A stretch of 64,000 nucleotides of DNA from Candidatus Hecatella orcuttiae (lineage in GTDB: Archaea; Thermoproteota; Bathyarchaeia; Hecatellales; Hecatellaceae): NCBI GenBank assembly GCA_002011035.2, contig MTLY02000003.1, forward strand, positions 384,001-448,000, written 5' to 3'. Every line of letters starts with the position of its first letter. The first letter of the stretch is position 1. This document shows positions 9,705 through 19,624 of this stretch, piece by piece. The notes below the pieces were generated by a model, which made no database searches, was not told the DNA's origin, and saw only the letters and a program-made list of their open reading frames with translations. Both the position numbers and the translations under genes were made by a program.

Positions 9705-10337
9705 TTGGAGGCGGTTAACTTGTCGTGGGATGAGTTTTCTGAATGGTGGAAGCGCAGAAGGTTTCCCTTCCCAGGGTTCGGGCGATGGTTCTATGAAGGC
9801 TTCGAAGACATGATGAAGGAAATAGACCGCATGATGGAAGACCTGTTCAAAGGCTTCAAAAACATCCCCGAAGACATGATAAGGGAACGCAAGCTTCCCG
9901 ATGGAAGAACCATCCGAGAAATAGGCCCCATGGTCTACGGGTACTCCGTAACCATAGGCCCGGATGGAAAGCCTGTGATCAGAGAGTTCGGCAACATCAA
10001 GCCGTCCGCAAGGCCTAAGCTGGGCGGTCTAGGCCCGGGGTTAGACATAAAGACTGAGCGAGAGCCCTTGGTCGACGTGATCTCCGACGACGGGAACATC
10101 AAGGTCATAGCCGAGCTTCCCGGAGTGGAGAAAACCGACATCAAGCTTCACGCAACCTCAAACACGCTGACAATCCACGTGGATAACCCTCAAAGGAAAT
10201 ACTTTAAGGAGCTGGAGTTGCCTGAGGAGGTAGATCCGAAAACAGCTAAAAGCACCTACAGAAACGGTGTGCTCGAGGTAACGTTGGCGAAGAAGGAGAA
10301 AAAGAAACCGAAAGGGGAGCCCATCGCCATCGAATAA
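9705..10337 (+). CDS. Small heat shock protein Hsp20
   Basis: GPMVYGYSVTIGPDGKPVIREFGN, AELPGV, NGVLEV, C-terminal IxI. Confidence 0.93.
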   Translation: MEAVNLSWDEFSEWWKRRRFPFPGFGRWFYEGFEDMMKEIDRMMEDLFKGFKNIPEDMIRERKLPDGRTIREIGPMVYGYSVTIGPDGKPVIREFGNIKPSARPKLGGLGPGLDIKTEREPLVDVISDDGNIKVIAELPGVEKTDIKLHATSNTLTIHVDNPQRKYFKELELPEEVDPKTAKSTYRNGVLEVTLAKKEKKKPKGEPIAIE

Positions 10338-10414
10338 ACGGTCTCCGGGTAGAAGGCTCAAAGAACGGCTGCCAGCCAAAACCACAACAGCTTCTTTTCA
10401 ACCCAGCGAAAAAG

Positions 10415-10837
10415 GTGGAAAGTTTGAATGCTGGAATAACCTCCACGGAGAAATATCTTGAAATGCTGGAAAAAGACTTGGGGAAGCTGGAATACGACCT
10501 CCGAACCCTCAGGAAATGGGTTTACTTGGATAAGAAAATCTTCTTCGACTGCGAAACCTCAGACTTGGAAGGTCAGCTTAAACAACTTCTTGAAAGACGA
10601 GACCTGAGCAGGCATGTGGTTTTGGCTGTGGTTAAAAACCAGGCTCAAAGTCTCTCCCTGAGGAGCATCACTTACACTAACATCGGCAACAAGACCATTG
10701 AAGACTTCATAAAACACTTCACTTTAATCCTCAAGACTCCCATGACCTTAGAGCTTCAGCTTGAGGGCTTGGAGCTTGTGGACTGCGTAGGCTACAGCTA
10801 CGTAACATCGGAAGAAGCTGAATCCTTGGGAAGCTGA
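10415..10837 (+). CDS. Hypothetical protein
   Basis: 140 aa ORF filling the gap between hsp20 and rpl31e; family not recognised. Confidence 0.5.
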   Translation: MESLNAGITSTEKYLEMLEKDLGKLEYDLRTLRKWVYLDKKIFFDCETSDLEGQLKQLLERRDLSRHVVLAVVKNQAQSLSLRSITYTNIGNKTIEDFIKHFTLILKTPMTLELQLEGLELVDCVGYSYVTSEEAESLGS

Positions 10838-10852
10838 AAACCGGGTTTAACC

Positions 10853-11197
10853 CTACTGGGCAGCCTCTGCCAAGTAGGCTGTGGCTACACCCTTCCTGTC
10901 CTTGGTCACTCTGACCCTTATTTTTCTGGGAGGCTTTTCGATGCTTCGCCCCCAGATGAATTGGTTTAGCTTACCGTCAACCCGCACCCGGTCAACTTTC
11001 ATGTGTTTTTTGATGAAGTCTTTCAAGGCCTTTACAGCTTTAGGAGTGCGGTAAGGTCGGGGGGCATTCCACACTCTGCCAAACGGCACCACGTAGAGCC
11101 TTTCTTCTTCAACCTCTTCTCCAGCTTCTTCCTCTTCCTCCTCCCGCTCCTCGGCTTCATCTTCGCTGGGTTTAGAAGAATCTTCAGCCATAGACAA
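10853..11197 (-). CDS. rpl31e: 50S ribosomal protein eL31 with acidic N-terminal extension
   Basis: ERLYVVP...RTPKAV...IWGRSIEKPPRKIRV. Confidence 0.92.
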   Translation of the reverse strand: MSMAEDSSKPSEDEAEEREEEEEEAGEEVEEERLYVVPFGRVWNAPRPYRTPKAVKALKDFIKKHMKVDRVRVDGKLNQFIWGRSIEKPPRKIRVRVTKDRKGVATAYLAEAAQ

Positions 11198-11207
11198 CGC
11201 CCGCTGA

Positions 11208-11363
11208 TTAGATTTTTATCTTCGTCCTCCGCCAATGTCTTCGAGCAGGGCTTCTCCTGACTTTTCCTTTGGTTTTAGCCATAATCCAAGCTGGCACAGG
11301 CTTCGCTGCCTTCAACTCTTTGGACAGTCTCAGTTTTTTGGGGAAAACCTTGCGGCTTGTCAA
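11208..11363 (-). CDS. rpl39e: 50S ribosomal protein eL39 (absent from the ORF track)
   Basis: Manual translation from TTG: MTSRKVFPKKLRLSKELKAAKPVPAWIMAKTKGKVRRSPARRHWRRTKIKI, 51 aa; expected position upstream of eL31. Confidence 0.93.
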   Translation of the reverse strand: MTSRKVFPKKLRLSKELKAAKPVPAWIMAKTKGKVRRSPARRHWRRTKIKI

Positions 11364-11378
11364 AGGCTATTCAACCTT

Positions 11379-11711
11379 CTAGATTCTCCTGATGGTTATA
11401 TCTTTTCGGGTGGAGGTAAGTCTTCTTAGAAGCTCCTTCAGCTGCTGGTCTGTCAAGGGAGCCGGAACCCGCCCGGACTGAGCCAGCTGAATCAGCTGCC
11501 TCTCCAGCTGCTCGGCGAATTCAGGCCTAACCATCTTAATGTTGCTGAGCCTCAGCCTCGCCTCAGGAGTTAATATAACCCTGAGGAGGGCTTGCTTTTC
11601 ACTTTCAGCGCGAACCTTCGCCTCTTCAGCCGCTGCCTGTCTTCGCAGCTCCACCATCCTCTGCTGCTTCAATCTTTCAAGCTCCTCATCGTCGACGGAC
11701 AAGACTTCCAT
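11379..11711 (-). CDS. PDCD5-family dsDNA-binding protein
   Basis: DEELERL...[20 protein letters not shown]...QLIQLAQSG. Confidence 0.9.
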   Translation of the reverse strand: MEVLSVDDEELERLKQQRMVELRRQAAAEEAKVRAESEKQALLRVILTPEARLRLSNIKMVRPEFAEQLERQLIQLAQSGRVPAPLTDQQLKELLRRLTSTRKDITIRRI

Positions 11712-11712
11712 C

Positions 11713-12153
11713 TCACCTCTCAGGACTTTTCATCTCCTCCTTAATCTCCGCAGCCAGCCTGTCCAGGAGGCTTCTCCCTTTCCCGCTTAGCGCTCTTCCC
11801 TTCGAAGACTCTTTTCTAACTAGGCCGGCTTTCTCCAGCTGCTGGAAGATTTTTCTCAGAATGTTTCCGCTTCCCTTCTTGAAATGCTCAGGCCTCCTTT
11901 TACCTGTTTTTCTTCCGCCATATTCCAGCCTAAGCCGGGAAACCCCTACAGGGCCTCTCACGTAAAGCTTTCGGAGAACAGAGGCGGAGCGAACGTACCA
12001 CCAGTCATCCCTGTCCGGCGGCCTCTGTCTGGGGGCTCCAGTCTTTACGTATTCAGCCCAAGGGGGCGGACTGACTTCTTCCACATTCTCCATCAGATAT
12101 TTGGAGAGCTTCTCTATCAAGAGCTCTGGAGGAACATCGTACACCGACGGCAA
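11713..12153 (-). CDS. rps19e: 30S ribosomal protein eS19
   Basis: [31 protein letters not shown]. Confidence 0.95.
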   Translation of the reverse strand: MPSVYDVPPELLIEKLSKYLMENVEEVSPPPWAEYVKTGAPRQRPPDRDDWWYVRSASVLRKLYVRGPVGVSRLRLEYGGRKTGKRRPEHFKKGSGNILRKIFQQLEKAGLVRKESSKGRALSGKGRSLLDRLAAEIKEEMKSPER

Positions 12154-12189
12154 GCCTGACCCTTCCCGAGTATGTATGGATGTAAAGTA

Positions 12190-12549
12190 TTACGGTAAAC
12201 GTTTCAAGTTAAACTTTTTGTCTGCCCGCCGCCCCCCGCTTTTAAAGGGAAGACGTTTGATGCGGCCACATTGCAGGCAAGTTATGGTCAGATGAGGCTC
12301 CCTCCGCTCCTGAATTCGCACCCTAGAGGTCAGGCCTGGAATGAGCAGCCTGTTACACGTCCGGCAGACCATGGTTCTCCAACGGGCGGGCAGACGGACC
12401 TTGTGCTTCATGGCTATCTTCCGAGCTAGGTGAACATAACGCTGGGCTAGATTTGGATGTTGGCGGTGTGTCTCTAACGCCAAGTTTAGCAAGATGTTGA
12501 CTCTTTCCCGGGCAATCTGCTTGGTTTCGCCTTTAGGAGTCTTCGTCAA
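12190..12549 (-). CDS. rnp4: Ribonuclease P protein component 4 (Rpp21)
   Basis: IARERV..L, LAQRYV.LARKI, CRTC..LLIPG, CLQCG. Confidence 0.88.
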   Translation of the reverse strand: MTKTPKGETKQIARERVNILLNLALETHRQHPNLAQRYVHLARKIAMKHKVRLPARWRTMVCRTCNRLLIPGLTSRVRIQERREPHLTITCLQCGRIKRLPFKSGGRRADKKFNLKRLP

Positions 12550-12618
12550 GCCACCCCCTTGGAAGCCAGCGGAGTTATTTTATAGAAGAAAACATCTGTT
12601 CCATTATAGGTTATCTGC

Positions 12619-13338
12619 TTGTTAACTTTTCTGCTGGCTGAAGCAGCCTTGGAGGTTATCCCGCCGGAGATAAGGAGACATCGCCAAGTTGTTGCTCTTT
12701 CCCGTAGGCTGGGGAAAAAAGCCGAAGTCCAGCTGCTGGATAAATCCTACCACTACAGAGCCATGGGAAGCTTGAAGGATAAGGAAAAAAGAGGGCGCCC
12801 TGACATCGTGCACCTAACTCTCCTAGAAGCCTTGGGCTCCCCCCTCAACCTCGCAGGCCTTCTTCGAACCTACGTCCACACCTACGACGACCGCGTCATT
12901 TTCGTTAACCCTCAGCTGAGGCTTCCTAGGAACTACAATCGATTCCTAGGGCTGATGGAGCAACTCTTTCAGGCGGGGAGGGTTCCCCCCGAAGAAGATA
13001 CCTTGCTAAAACTTGAAAACCTCTCCTTCCCGGAGCTTGTCGCCCACGTGAAGCCCACTCTCTTGGTTGCTTTAACCCGGAAAGGAAATCCGAAGACTCC
13101 CCTGGAGGTCGCGGAGGAACTCTCAGCCTCACCCCGCCCGGCTGTCGTGGTAGGTGGCTTCCCCCACGGCTGCTTCTCCAAGGCTGTTCTAGAAACAGCC
13201 GACTGGTCGGCTTGCATCGACCCGCAGAGTCTGGAGGCGTGGGTGGCTGCTTCGAGGATCATTTCCGCCTACGAAACAGCCATAGGGCTTCCGGAGAAAA
13301 GGCTGGAAACTTTGAGAAAATCGAAGACGCATAAGTAG
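12619..13338 (+). CDS. nep1: rRNA pseudouridine N1-methyltransferase Nep1/Emg1
   Basis: LLDKSYH, RGRPDIVH, RLPRNYNRF.GLMEQL, GGFPHG. Confidence 0.93.
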   Translation: MLTFLLAEAALEVIPPEIRRHRQVVALSRRLGKKAEVQLLDKSYHYRAMGSLKDKEKRGRPDIVHLTLLEALGSPLNLAGLLRTYVHTYDDRVIFVNPQLRLPRNYNRFLGLMEQLFQAGRVPPEEDTLLKLENLSFPELVAHVKPTLLVALTRKGNPKTPLEVAEELSASPRPAVVVGGFPHGCFSKAVLETADWSACIDPQSLEAWVAASRIISAYETAIGLPEKRLETLRKSKTHK

Positions 13339-13382
13339 GCTGAGGACGGCTGGGCAGCGTAGCTCTATCTTTCCCAGCCTCT

Positions 13383-13775
13383 CTACTTCTCAAGCATCTC
13401 CTGCCTAAGCATGTCCCATCGGCCGTCTAAGACAGCGGAGACAACCCAGCCTTTCTCCACGGTGATGTGCGCTGTGTGGGGAGTTACAACCGGAAGAAGC
13501 ACTTGACCGGTTCGGTCCCCATAGCCGGCATGTCGGCTGTGGAAGGAGAACACAAACTCCCAACGGCCGGGGGCATCGGAGCGCACGATCTCTACAAGCT
13601 TGAGAGTCTCCTCCATGCCATCAAATCGAAAGGTGGGACTGTTCAGCAAAAACTCCCGGGCTATTTCCAGGCTTTGTTCTTCATCCACCGCTCCGCCAGT
13701 GTAGGATAGTGCTGCGTAGACGCCGAGTAGCAGGGCGACAGCTGCGAACGCTACGGTCAATGTGAGGCTTTTCAA
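13383..13775 (-). CDS. Secreted or membrane-anchored hypothetical protein
   Basis: Hydrophobic N-terminal segment; SPTFRFDG...GYGDRTG...TPH...DGRWD. Confidence 0.6.
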   Translation of the reverse strand: MKSLTLTVAFAAVALLLGVYAALSYTGGAVDEEQSLEIAREFLLNSPTFRFDGMEETLKLVEIVRSDAPGRWEFVFSFHSRHAGYGDRTGQVLLPVVTPHTAHITVEKGWVVSAVLDGRWDMLRQEMLEK

Positions 13776-13895
13776 GGGAAAGCTTCCCCCGGCATTCCGG
13801 CGGGGTTTCTGGTGTTCTTTTGACTCATACGGACGTGGGCCTAAAACTTTATGTATTTTTTAAAAAATATAAAGAGCCTGAAGGTGCGTCGGGTA

Positions 13896-15857
13896 ATGCC
13901 TCCCTCCAAAACGGGAATAGACGTTCTGCTGAAAGAAGAGAGAATTTTTCACCCACCAAAAGACTTGGTGGAGCAGACCCATGTCAAAAAGTGGATGGAC
14001 GCTCACGGCATAAAGACCTACGAGGAACTGCTGGAAAAGGCCAAAGACCTAGAGTGGTTTTGGGGTGAAATCTCAAAGGAGCTGGTAGGTTGGTCTAAGC
14101 CCTACACCAAGGTTTTGGAGTGGAACCCCCCCTGGGTTAAGTGGTTCTTGGGCGCAGAGTACAACATCGTCTGCGATGCTTTAGACAGGCATGTGAAGAG
14201 TTGGAGAAAGAACAAAGTCGCCTACATCTGGGAGGGCGAGCCTGGAGACAGGGAAAAGCTGACCTACGCTGAACTGCATGGGAAAGTCTGCCAGGCTGCT
14301 AACGCCCTGAAAAGCTTGGGGGTGAAGAAAGGCGACAGGGTGGGAATATATCTGCCCATGATCCCCGAGCTTCCCATAGCCATGCTGGCATGCGCGAAGA
14401 TAGGAGCTTTGCACAGCGTTGTTTTCTCCGGTTTCAGCGCCCACGCCTTGAGAGACAGGGTTAACGACTCGGAGGCGAAGGTTGTCATCACCTGCGACGG
14501 CTTCTACAGGAGGGGGAAGACCGTTCCCTTGAAGAAGCAGACGGATGAGGCTCTTCAACAGGCGCCCAGCGTGGAGCATGTCATCGTCTACAAGCGGACA
14601 GGCGGCGAGGTTTCTTGGAATGAGAAAAGGGACCTCTGGTGGCATGAGGTGGTAGACGGCCAGAAGAAAACATGTGAGACGGAGATCTTGGACGCCAACG
14701 ACTTCCTCTACATCCTCTATACTTCCGGAACCACGGGAAAGCCCAAGGGGGTGGTTCATGCCCACGGAGGCTACGCCGTGGGGACAGCCTTCACCCTCAA
14801 ATGGGTTTTCGACTTGAAGGATGAGGATGTTTGGTGGTGTGCGGCGGACATCGGCTGGGTCACAGGGCACAGCTACATAGTCTACGCGCCTCTGATTTTG
14901 GGGGTTACCTCAGTGCTTTACGAGGGCGCGCCGGACTACCCGAAGCCTGACAGGTGGTGGTCCATCGTGGAGCGGTATGGGGTGACTGTGCTCTACACTT
15001 CGCCCACCAGCATCAGGCTTTTCATGCGCTATGGGGAAGAGTGGCCTGCGAAACATGACCTGAGCTCCCTGAGGTTGCTGGGCACGGTGGGGGAGCCCAT
15101 CAACCCCGAGGCTTGGATGTGGTACTACAAGCACATCGGAGGGGAACGCTGCCCCATCATGGACACCTGGTGGCAGACGGAGACGGGTAGCTTCTGCATC
15201 TCACCTCTCCCCATCACCCCCCTGAAGCCCGGCTCGGCTACAAGGCCTCTGCCCGGGTGGACGGCTGATGTCTACGATGAGGAGGGAAAACCCTTGGTGA
15301 ACCAAGGAGGCAACCTCGTCCTCCTCACCCCTTGGCCCGCTATGTTCCGCGGCCTCTACAAGGACCCTGAAAGATACAGGGAAGTCTACTGGAGCAAGTA
15401 CCCCAACGTCTACCTGGCGGGGGATGTAGCCCGCATCGACAGGGACGGCTACTTCTGGATCCAAGGGCGAGCCGACGACGTCCTCAATGTGGCAGGCCAC
15501 CGGATAGGCAACTCCGAGGTGGAGTCAGCCCTCGTCAGCCACGAGGCTGTGGCTGAGGCCGCTGTGATCGGGAAACCCCACGAGGTGAAGGGAGAAGCCA
15601 TCGTCGCCTACGTGGTCTTGAAGAGAGGCGTGGAGCCCACGGAGAAGCTGCGGGAAGAGCTGAGGGGGCATGTGGCCCGGGAGATAGGGAAGCTGGCGAG
15701 GCCTGAGGAAGTGTGGTTCGTCTCCGACCTCCCCAAAACCCGAAGCGGCAAAATCATGCGGCGGGTGGTGAAGGCGGTGGTCTTGGGGAAGCCGGCGGGG
15801 GACATATCCACCCTCAGCAACCCCGAGGCTGTGGAGGAGATAGGCAAAGCCCGGTGA
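13896..15857 (+). CDS. acs: AMP-forming acetyl-CoA synthetase
   Basis: [38 protein letters not shown]; start taken at ATG 13896 (ORF track opens at 13851). Confidence 0.95.
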   Translation: MPPSKTGIDVLLKEERIFHPPKDLVEQTHVKKWMDAHGIKTYEELLEKAKDLEWFWGEISKELVGWSKPYTKVLEWNPPWVKWFLGAEYNIVCDALDRHVKSWRKNKVAYIWEGEPGDREKLTYAELHGKVCQAANALKSLGVKKGDRVGIYLPMIPELPIAMLACAKIGALHSVVFSGFSAHALRDRVNDSEAKVVITCDGFYRRGKTVPLKKQTDEALQQAPSVEHVIVYKRTGGEVSWNEKRDLWWHEVVDGQKKTCETEILDANDFLYILYTSGTTGKPKGVVHAHGGYAVGTAFTLKWVFDLKDEDVWWCAADIGWVTGHSYIVYAPLILGVTSVLYEGAPDYPKPDRWWSIVERYGVTVLYTSPTSIRLFMRYGEEWPAKHDLSSLRLLGTVGEPINPEAWMWYYKHIGGERCPIMDTWWQTETGSFCISPLPITPLKPGSATRPLPGWTADVYDEEGKPLVNQGGNLVLLTPWPAMFRGLYKDPERYREVYWSKYPNVYLAGDVARIDRDGYFWIQGRADDVLNVAGHRIGNSEVESALVSHEAVAEAAVIGKPHEVKGEAIVAYVVLKRGVEPTEKLREELRGHVAREIGKLARPEEVWFVSDLPKTRSGKIMRRVVKAVVLGKPAGDISTLSNPEAVEEIGKAR

Positions 15858-15919
15858 AGGCTGGGCCAAATCTTCAACAGTTTTAAATCAGGTTCCACCA
15901 TAATCCTAGAAGGAGCCGG

Positions 15920-16012
15920 GCGGCCGTAGTCTAGCTTGGTTAGGACATCAGCCTGCCAACCTTGGGAGGCAGAACGCTGAGGACCCGGGTTCAAATCCCG
16001 GCGGCCGCACCA
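15920..16012 (+). tRNA. tRNA-Gly(GCC) with 16-nt intron at 37/38 (15959-15974), encoded CCA
   Basis: Acceptor GCGGCCG/CGGCCGC, anticodon GCC at 15955-15957, T-loop TTCAAAT; central helix CTGC/GCAG with 3-nt bulges CA^A and AA^C. Confidence 0.95.
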
Positions 16013-16037
16013 TTCTAGAGCTGAATAGGTACTTTTT

Positions 16038-16184
16038 TCATCGGTCTACTAGCGGCACCCATTTTAACGTCTCCTTCAGGGCTTGGCTGAGGGCTTTCAG
16101 TTGGTGGTCTTCCAGTTCTTGAGGGTTGATGTATACTCTGGCCGGCTGGGATAGGGCTTCTCCCGCGAGGATTTTCTTCAGCAA
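16038..16184 (-). pseudogene. Probable C-terminal remnant of a tyrosine integrase
   Basis: Frame LLKKILAGEALSQPARVYINPQELEDHQLKALSQALKETLKW directly preceded by an in-frame TGA, next to the tRNA 3' end; the resemblance to archaeal integrase tails is from memory. Confidence 0.4.
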
Positions 16185-16395
16185 TCATGCTTCTCATAGG
16201 CTCGGAGCCATTAAGGTGGTTGAAGACTGATCATGTTCACTCTAAACCAACTGCCTACATTAGGTATCTGTGGACTCTGCGGACTTGAATTCATCGCAAG
16301 GTTAATACTATCATGTGGACTAACTTGTGCAGGTTCTTTACCATACCAAGTTAGCCGGGACGAACGAAACCGTTGCCGAATGGTGGATGGTTTTT

Positions 16396-17625
16396 TTAAA
16401 TTCCAGCAGCTATTTTGGCTTCTGTCCATGCTTCAAAGTATTTGTCCCATATCGGTGGATCTGGGTGTTCCCAGTTGTAGAAGATTCCTTTCTCCAACAG
16501 GTCTTCAGGTTTATCCAATCCCAACAGTTTTATTATTTCGGGGTCCGCCAGTTCCCATCCTTTTACATTCGTGGATGCGTAATAGTAAACGTTGGTCAGA
16601 AATTGGCCTGTTCGAGGATCTAAGAAGGCATTTATGTAGTCATGGGCAAGCTCGTAGGTTCCTCTTTCTGGAGAGCCTTCTCCCACATTCATAGCGTAAG
16701 GCCAGATGAACAGAGCCTCTCCCGTCCTGTAATTGGCTCCAGGTGTAAGCCCCAGATAGACCACGTCCAAACCTTCAGCCAACCCTGCAGCGTACAATTC
16801 CGTCCACATGGTTGCAATGGCTACTTCGCCTTCTTTAAGACTTGCAAAAAGCTCATACTGGTCATCGTAGATAATTTTTGCTTGCTTAAACGCTTTCATC
16901 ACCGCATCTTTCCAAGCTTCTATCTGGTCATCAGTAGGATTTTTGAACTCTTCCACTGTAAACAATGCGTCGAACATAGGCCCAGCAATTTCAGAAGGAG
17001 CATCGTACATGGCCGTTCCTACCTCTGCATATTTTGGATCCCACAAGCACGACCAACTGTCAGGCTCTGGTAATCCCGCATCCCGGATTAGGTCTCTTCT
17101 GTAAATAATCGAAGTCATTCCCATATCCGTCACCAGCATATAGAGTTGGCCGTTGTGTCTGCCGTATTTTTCAACTAGTGCTTTAAAGAAAGGATGTACA
17201 TCTTGGTAGTTAGGTATCAAATCTAAGTCTATCGGCTCTAGCGCATCAAACTCCAAATATCTCTTGAAATGAGTCCAATAGCCGCCGAAGTTGGAGGCGT
17301 CAAACCTATCTCCAATCGCTATCCTTGCCAACGCTGAATCTTCATCAGGAAAAATGACGTGCGATACCTTTACATCCGGATGTTTTTCCCTAAACGCAAG
17401 CCACAGTTCTTCAACATCATACCCAGCCCACGTCCAAACTATTATCTCATTAGCTTTCGGTGGTGGTACTGGAGTTGGCGTAGGAGTTGGTGCGGGTGTC
17501 GGGGTTGGGGCTGGAGCGGGCCTTGTGGCCTGCCAAGCGGCGTAGCCGCCCACACCGGCCACCACCGCCGCAACCACGGCGGCGATGCCGTATTTCAGGG
17601 CCTTTCTTCGAGATTCATTACTCAT
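16396..17625 (-). CDS. PotD/PotF-like polyamine ABC substrate-binding protein with Tat-like signal and Pro/Thr linker
   Basis: SRRKALKYG plus hydrophobic helix, PAPTPT repeats, WTWAGY, PDSWSCLWDPKY, AHDYINAFLDP. Confidence 0.8.
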   Translation of the reverse strand: MSNESRRKALKYGIAAVVAAVVAGVGGYAAWQATRPAPAPTPTPAPTPTPTPVPPPKANEIIVWTWAGYDVEELWLAFREKHPDVKVSHVIFPDEDSALARIAIGDRFDASNFGGYWTHFKRYLEFDALEPIDLDLIPNYQDVHPFFKALVEKYGRHNGQLYMLVTDMGMTSIIYRRDLIRDAGLPEPDSWSCLWDPKYAEVGTAMYDAPSEIAGPMFDALFTVEEFKNPTDDQIEAWKDAVMKAFKQAKIIYDDQYELFASLKEGEVAIATMWTELYAAGLAEGLDVVYLGLTPGANYRTGEALFIWPYAMNVGEGSPERGTYELAHDYINAFLDPRTGQFLTNVYYYASTNVKGWELADPEIIKLLGLDKPEDLLEKGIFYNWEHPDPPIWDKYFEAWTEAKIAAGI

Positions 17626-17902
17626 TTTTATATATCTCTCCTAAAAGCGGCTGTTTATTATTCCGGTTCAGATTATATATAAATATTACGGTTTACTGAA
17701 CGATGTTGCTAAGATTTTTTGTTGGGCCGGATTTGCAAGCGTAATTTGCGGACTGCAGGGGTCAAGCTGATTGCTTCATGATTTAGGATCCTATTTATAA
17801 GTCTCTCTGTCACTGTAGAAACCCGGAAAACTCTCGACTAGGTTTTTCTGATTTTTCTAACTAAAGTCAACTTCTCAAATGCCTAGCTTTGAGTTGGCGT
17901 CT

Positions 17903-18679
17903 TCAGGCTGATATTCTTTCGATCATCCTCATCAAAAACGCAAGTCCGATGGCAAAAGACAATATGATGGAGGACATAGCCGTTAAGATTGGCACGAATT
18001 TTGGCAGTTTCATCAGCAAAGAGTAAATATACACAGGCGCTGTTTGCTCTGTCCCGGCAAGGAAAACCGCGAGGGCAACATCTTCCCACGAGATGATAAA
18101 GGCTAAAATGGCGGCCACCGCCACTCCTGGCATTATAAGAGGCAACGTTACTTTCCGAAAAGTGGTGAATTTACCCGCGCCCAAATCCATGGCAGCCTCT
18201 TCAAGACTTATGTCAAGAGCTATGAATCTGGAGGTTAAGACCAAGGTAGTGTAGGGTATGGTGATTAGAATATGACCTATAATGATGACTATTAACGATG
18301 GGTTTACCCCCATTTTTAATAAAAAGGACATCAAACTGAAACCCATGATGATGTAAGGTGTCACCATGGGCATCAGCAAGAGCCCTGTGAAAATTTTTTT
18401 CCCAGCGAAGTTTGTGCGCGCTAGTGCATACCCTCCGCAGATTCCGAAGATTACAGCGGCTCCCGTGGTAACGGAAGCGACCATGAGGGAGTATTTAACG
18501 GCATTTATAGCGGCTGGAAATCGGAGAAGTTCGATGTACCATTTGAGGGTGGGGAAGTTTCTTAAGGGCAGAGTAGAAGTTTCGTTGAGGGATAGCAGTA
18601 ACAGTATGGCGATGGGGAAAAATGTGAGTATCAACAAGAATCCAAGTACGACAATGAACATTATACTCGATTTCGTCAT
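17903..18679 (-). CDS. Polyamine ABC transporter permease (PotC-like)
   Basis: TLKWY, LEEAAMDLGA EAA loop, about 6 TM segments. Confidence 0.85.
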   Translation of the reverse strand: MTKSSIMFIVVLGFLLILTFFPIAILLLLSLNETSTLPLRNFPTLKWYIELLRFPAAINAVKYSLMVASVTTGAAVIFGICGGYALARTNFAGKKIFTGLLLMPMVTPYIIMGFSLMSFLLKMGVNPSLIVIIIGHILITIPYTTLVLTSRFIALDISLEEAAMDLGAGKFTTFRKVTLPLIMPGVAVAAILAFIISWEDVALAVFLAGTEQTAPVYIYSLLMKLPKFVPILTAMSSIILSFAIGLAFLMRMIERISA

Positions 18680-18680
18680 T

Positions 18681-19604
18681 TTAGAGACTCTCCATCAGCT
18701 TCCTGAAGCCGATTCTCCGATAAAGTAGGAAGACCGCTATGAAAGTTATAATCAGCAGATAAACAGTGAAAGCCGCGGCTACATCCCACCTAAACCCCTT
18801 GAGGAAGAAATCGTAGATCAGGTTTCCAAACAATATTCCGGTTCTGCCTCCCACTACTGCTGGAGCTATGAATTCTCCCATCGTCGGAATAAACACGAAC
18901 AAAACTGCTACGAAAACTCCGGGTAGACTCAGGGGAAAAGTAACTTTTAGGAATGTTGTAATGGGCGAAGCGCCCAGATCGTCTGAAGCCTCCAGCAAAA
19001 CTCTGTCTATTTTTTCCAGCGACACGAATATCGGCAGAATCAACCAGGGAAACCATGTGGCAGTTAAAACCAGCCAAACAGAAAATAGGTTGTACCCCAA
19101 TAGTTTGATGGGCTCGCTTATTAAGCCGAAATATAGGAGCAATGAATTTATTACTCCTGTGCTGCCTAACATCAACCGCCAAGCCAGCAATATCAGCATA
19201 TAGGTGGCAAAATAAGGCGCTTGAAACAGGAATAGAACAGTATACTTATTTTTTAAAACTCTAAAGGCTATAAAATAGGCTACAACATACGCGAACAAAA
19301 CGGATGAAGCTGTAACGGTAACCGCTATAAAAAACGTTCGAAGTAGAAGTCTGGCATAATCCGTTCGGATGAATAGTTTTGCATAATTGCTGAGTACGGG
19401 AAAATTAACAACAGTTCTTGTCACAGGACTTAATTCAGCGAAGCTCAAGATTAACACTGAAAAAACAGGAATGAAAAATACGATGATAATCCATAAGTAA
19501 GTGGGTAGAACTAGCAAAAGATCTTTTAACCTTGAGTTGGTCTGTGCCGTGAAAAAATTCCGGAAAGATTTCTTTATACTCATATTACCACTTCCGTTCG
19601 ACAA
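18681..19604 (-). CDS. Polyamine ABC transporter permease (PotB-like)
   Basis: GVINSLL, LLEASDDLGA, FPLSLPG, VFIPTMGEF. Confidence 0.85.
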   Translation of the reverse strand: MSNGSGNMSIKKSFRNFFTAQTNSRLKDLLLVLPTYLWIIIVFFIPVFSVLILSFAELSPVTRTVVNFPVLSNYAKLFIRTDYARLLLRTFFIAVTVTASSVLFAYVVAYFIAFRVLKNKYTVLFLFQAPYFATYMLILLAWRLMLGSTGVINSLLLYFGLISEPIKLLGYNLFSVWLVLTATWFPWLILPIFVSLEKIDRVLLEASDDLGASPITTFLKVTFPLSLPGVFVAVLFVFIPTMGEFIAPAVVGGRTGILFGNLIYDFFLKGFRWDVAAAFTVYLLIITFIAVFLLYRRIGFRKLMESL

Positions 19605-19624
19605 TGGCCTCCAATGGATTTAGC

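Noticed and set aside
39-15857. Genome-wide reassignment of TAG to pyrrolysine
   Set aside because: Many conserved core genes end in TAG at their expected length, and I saw no other gene split by an in-frame TAG.
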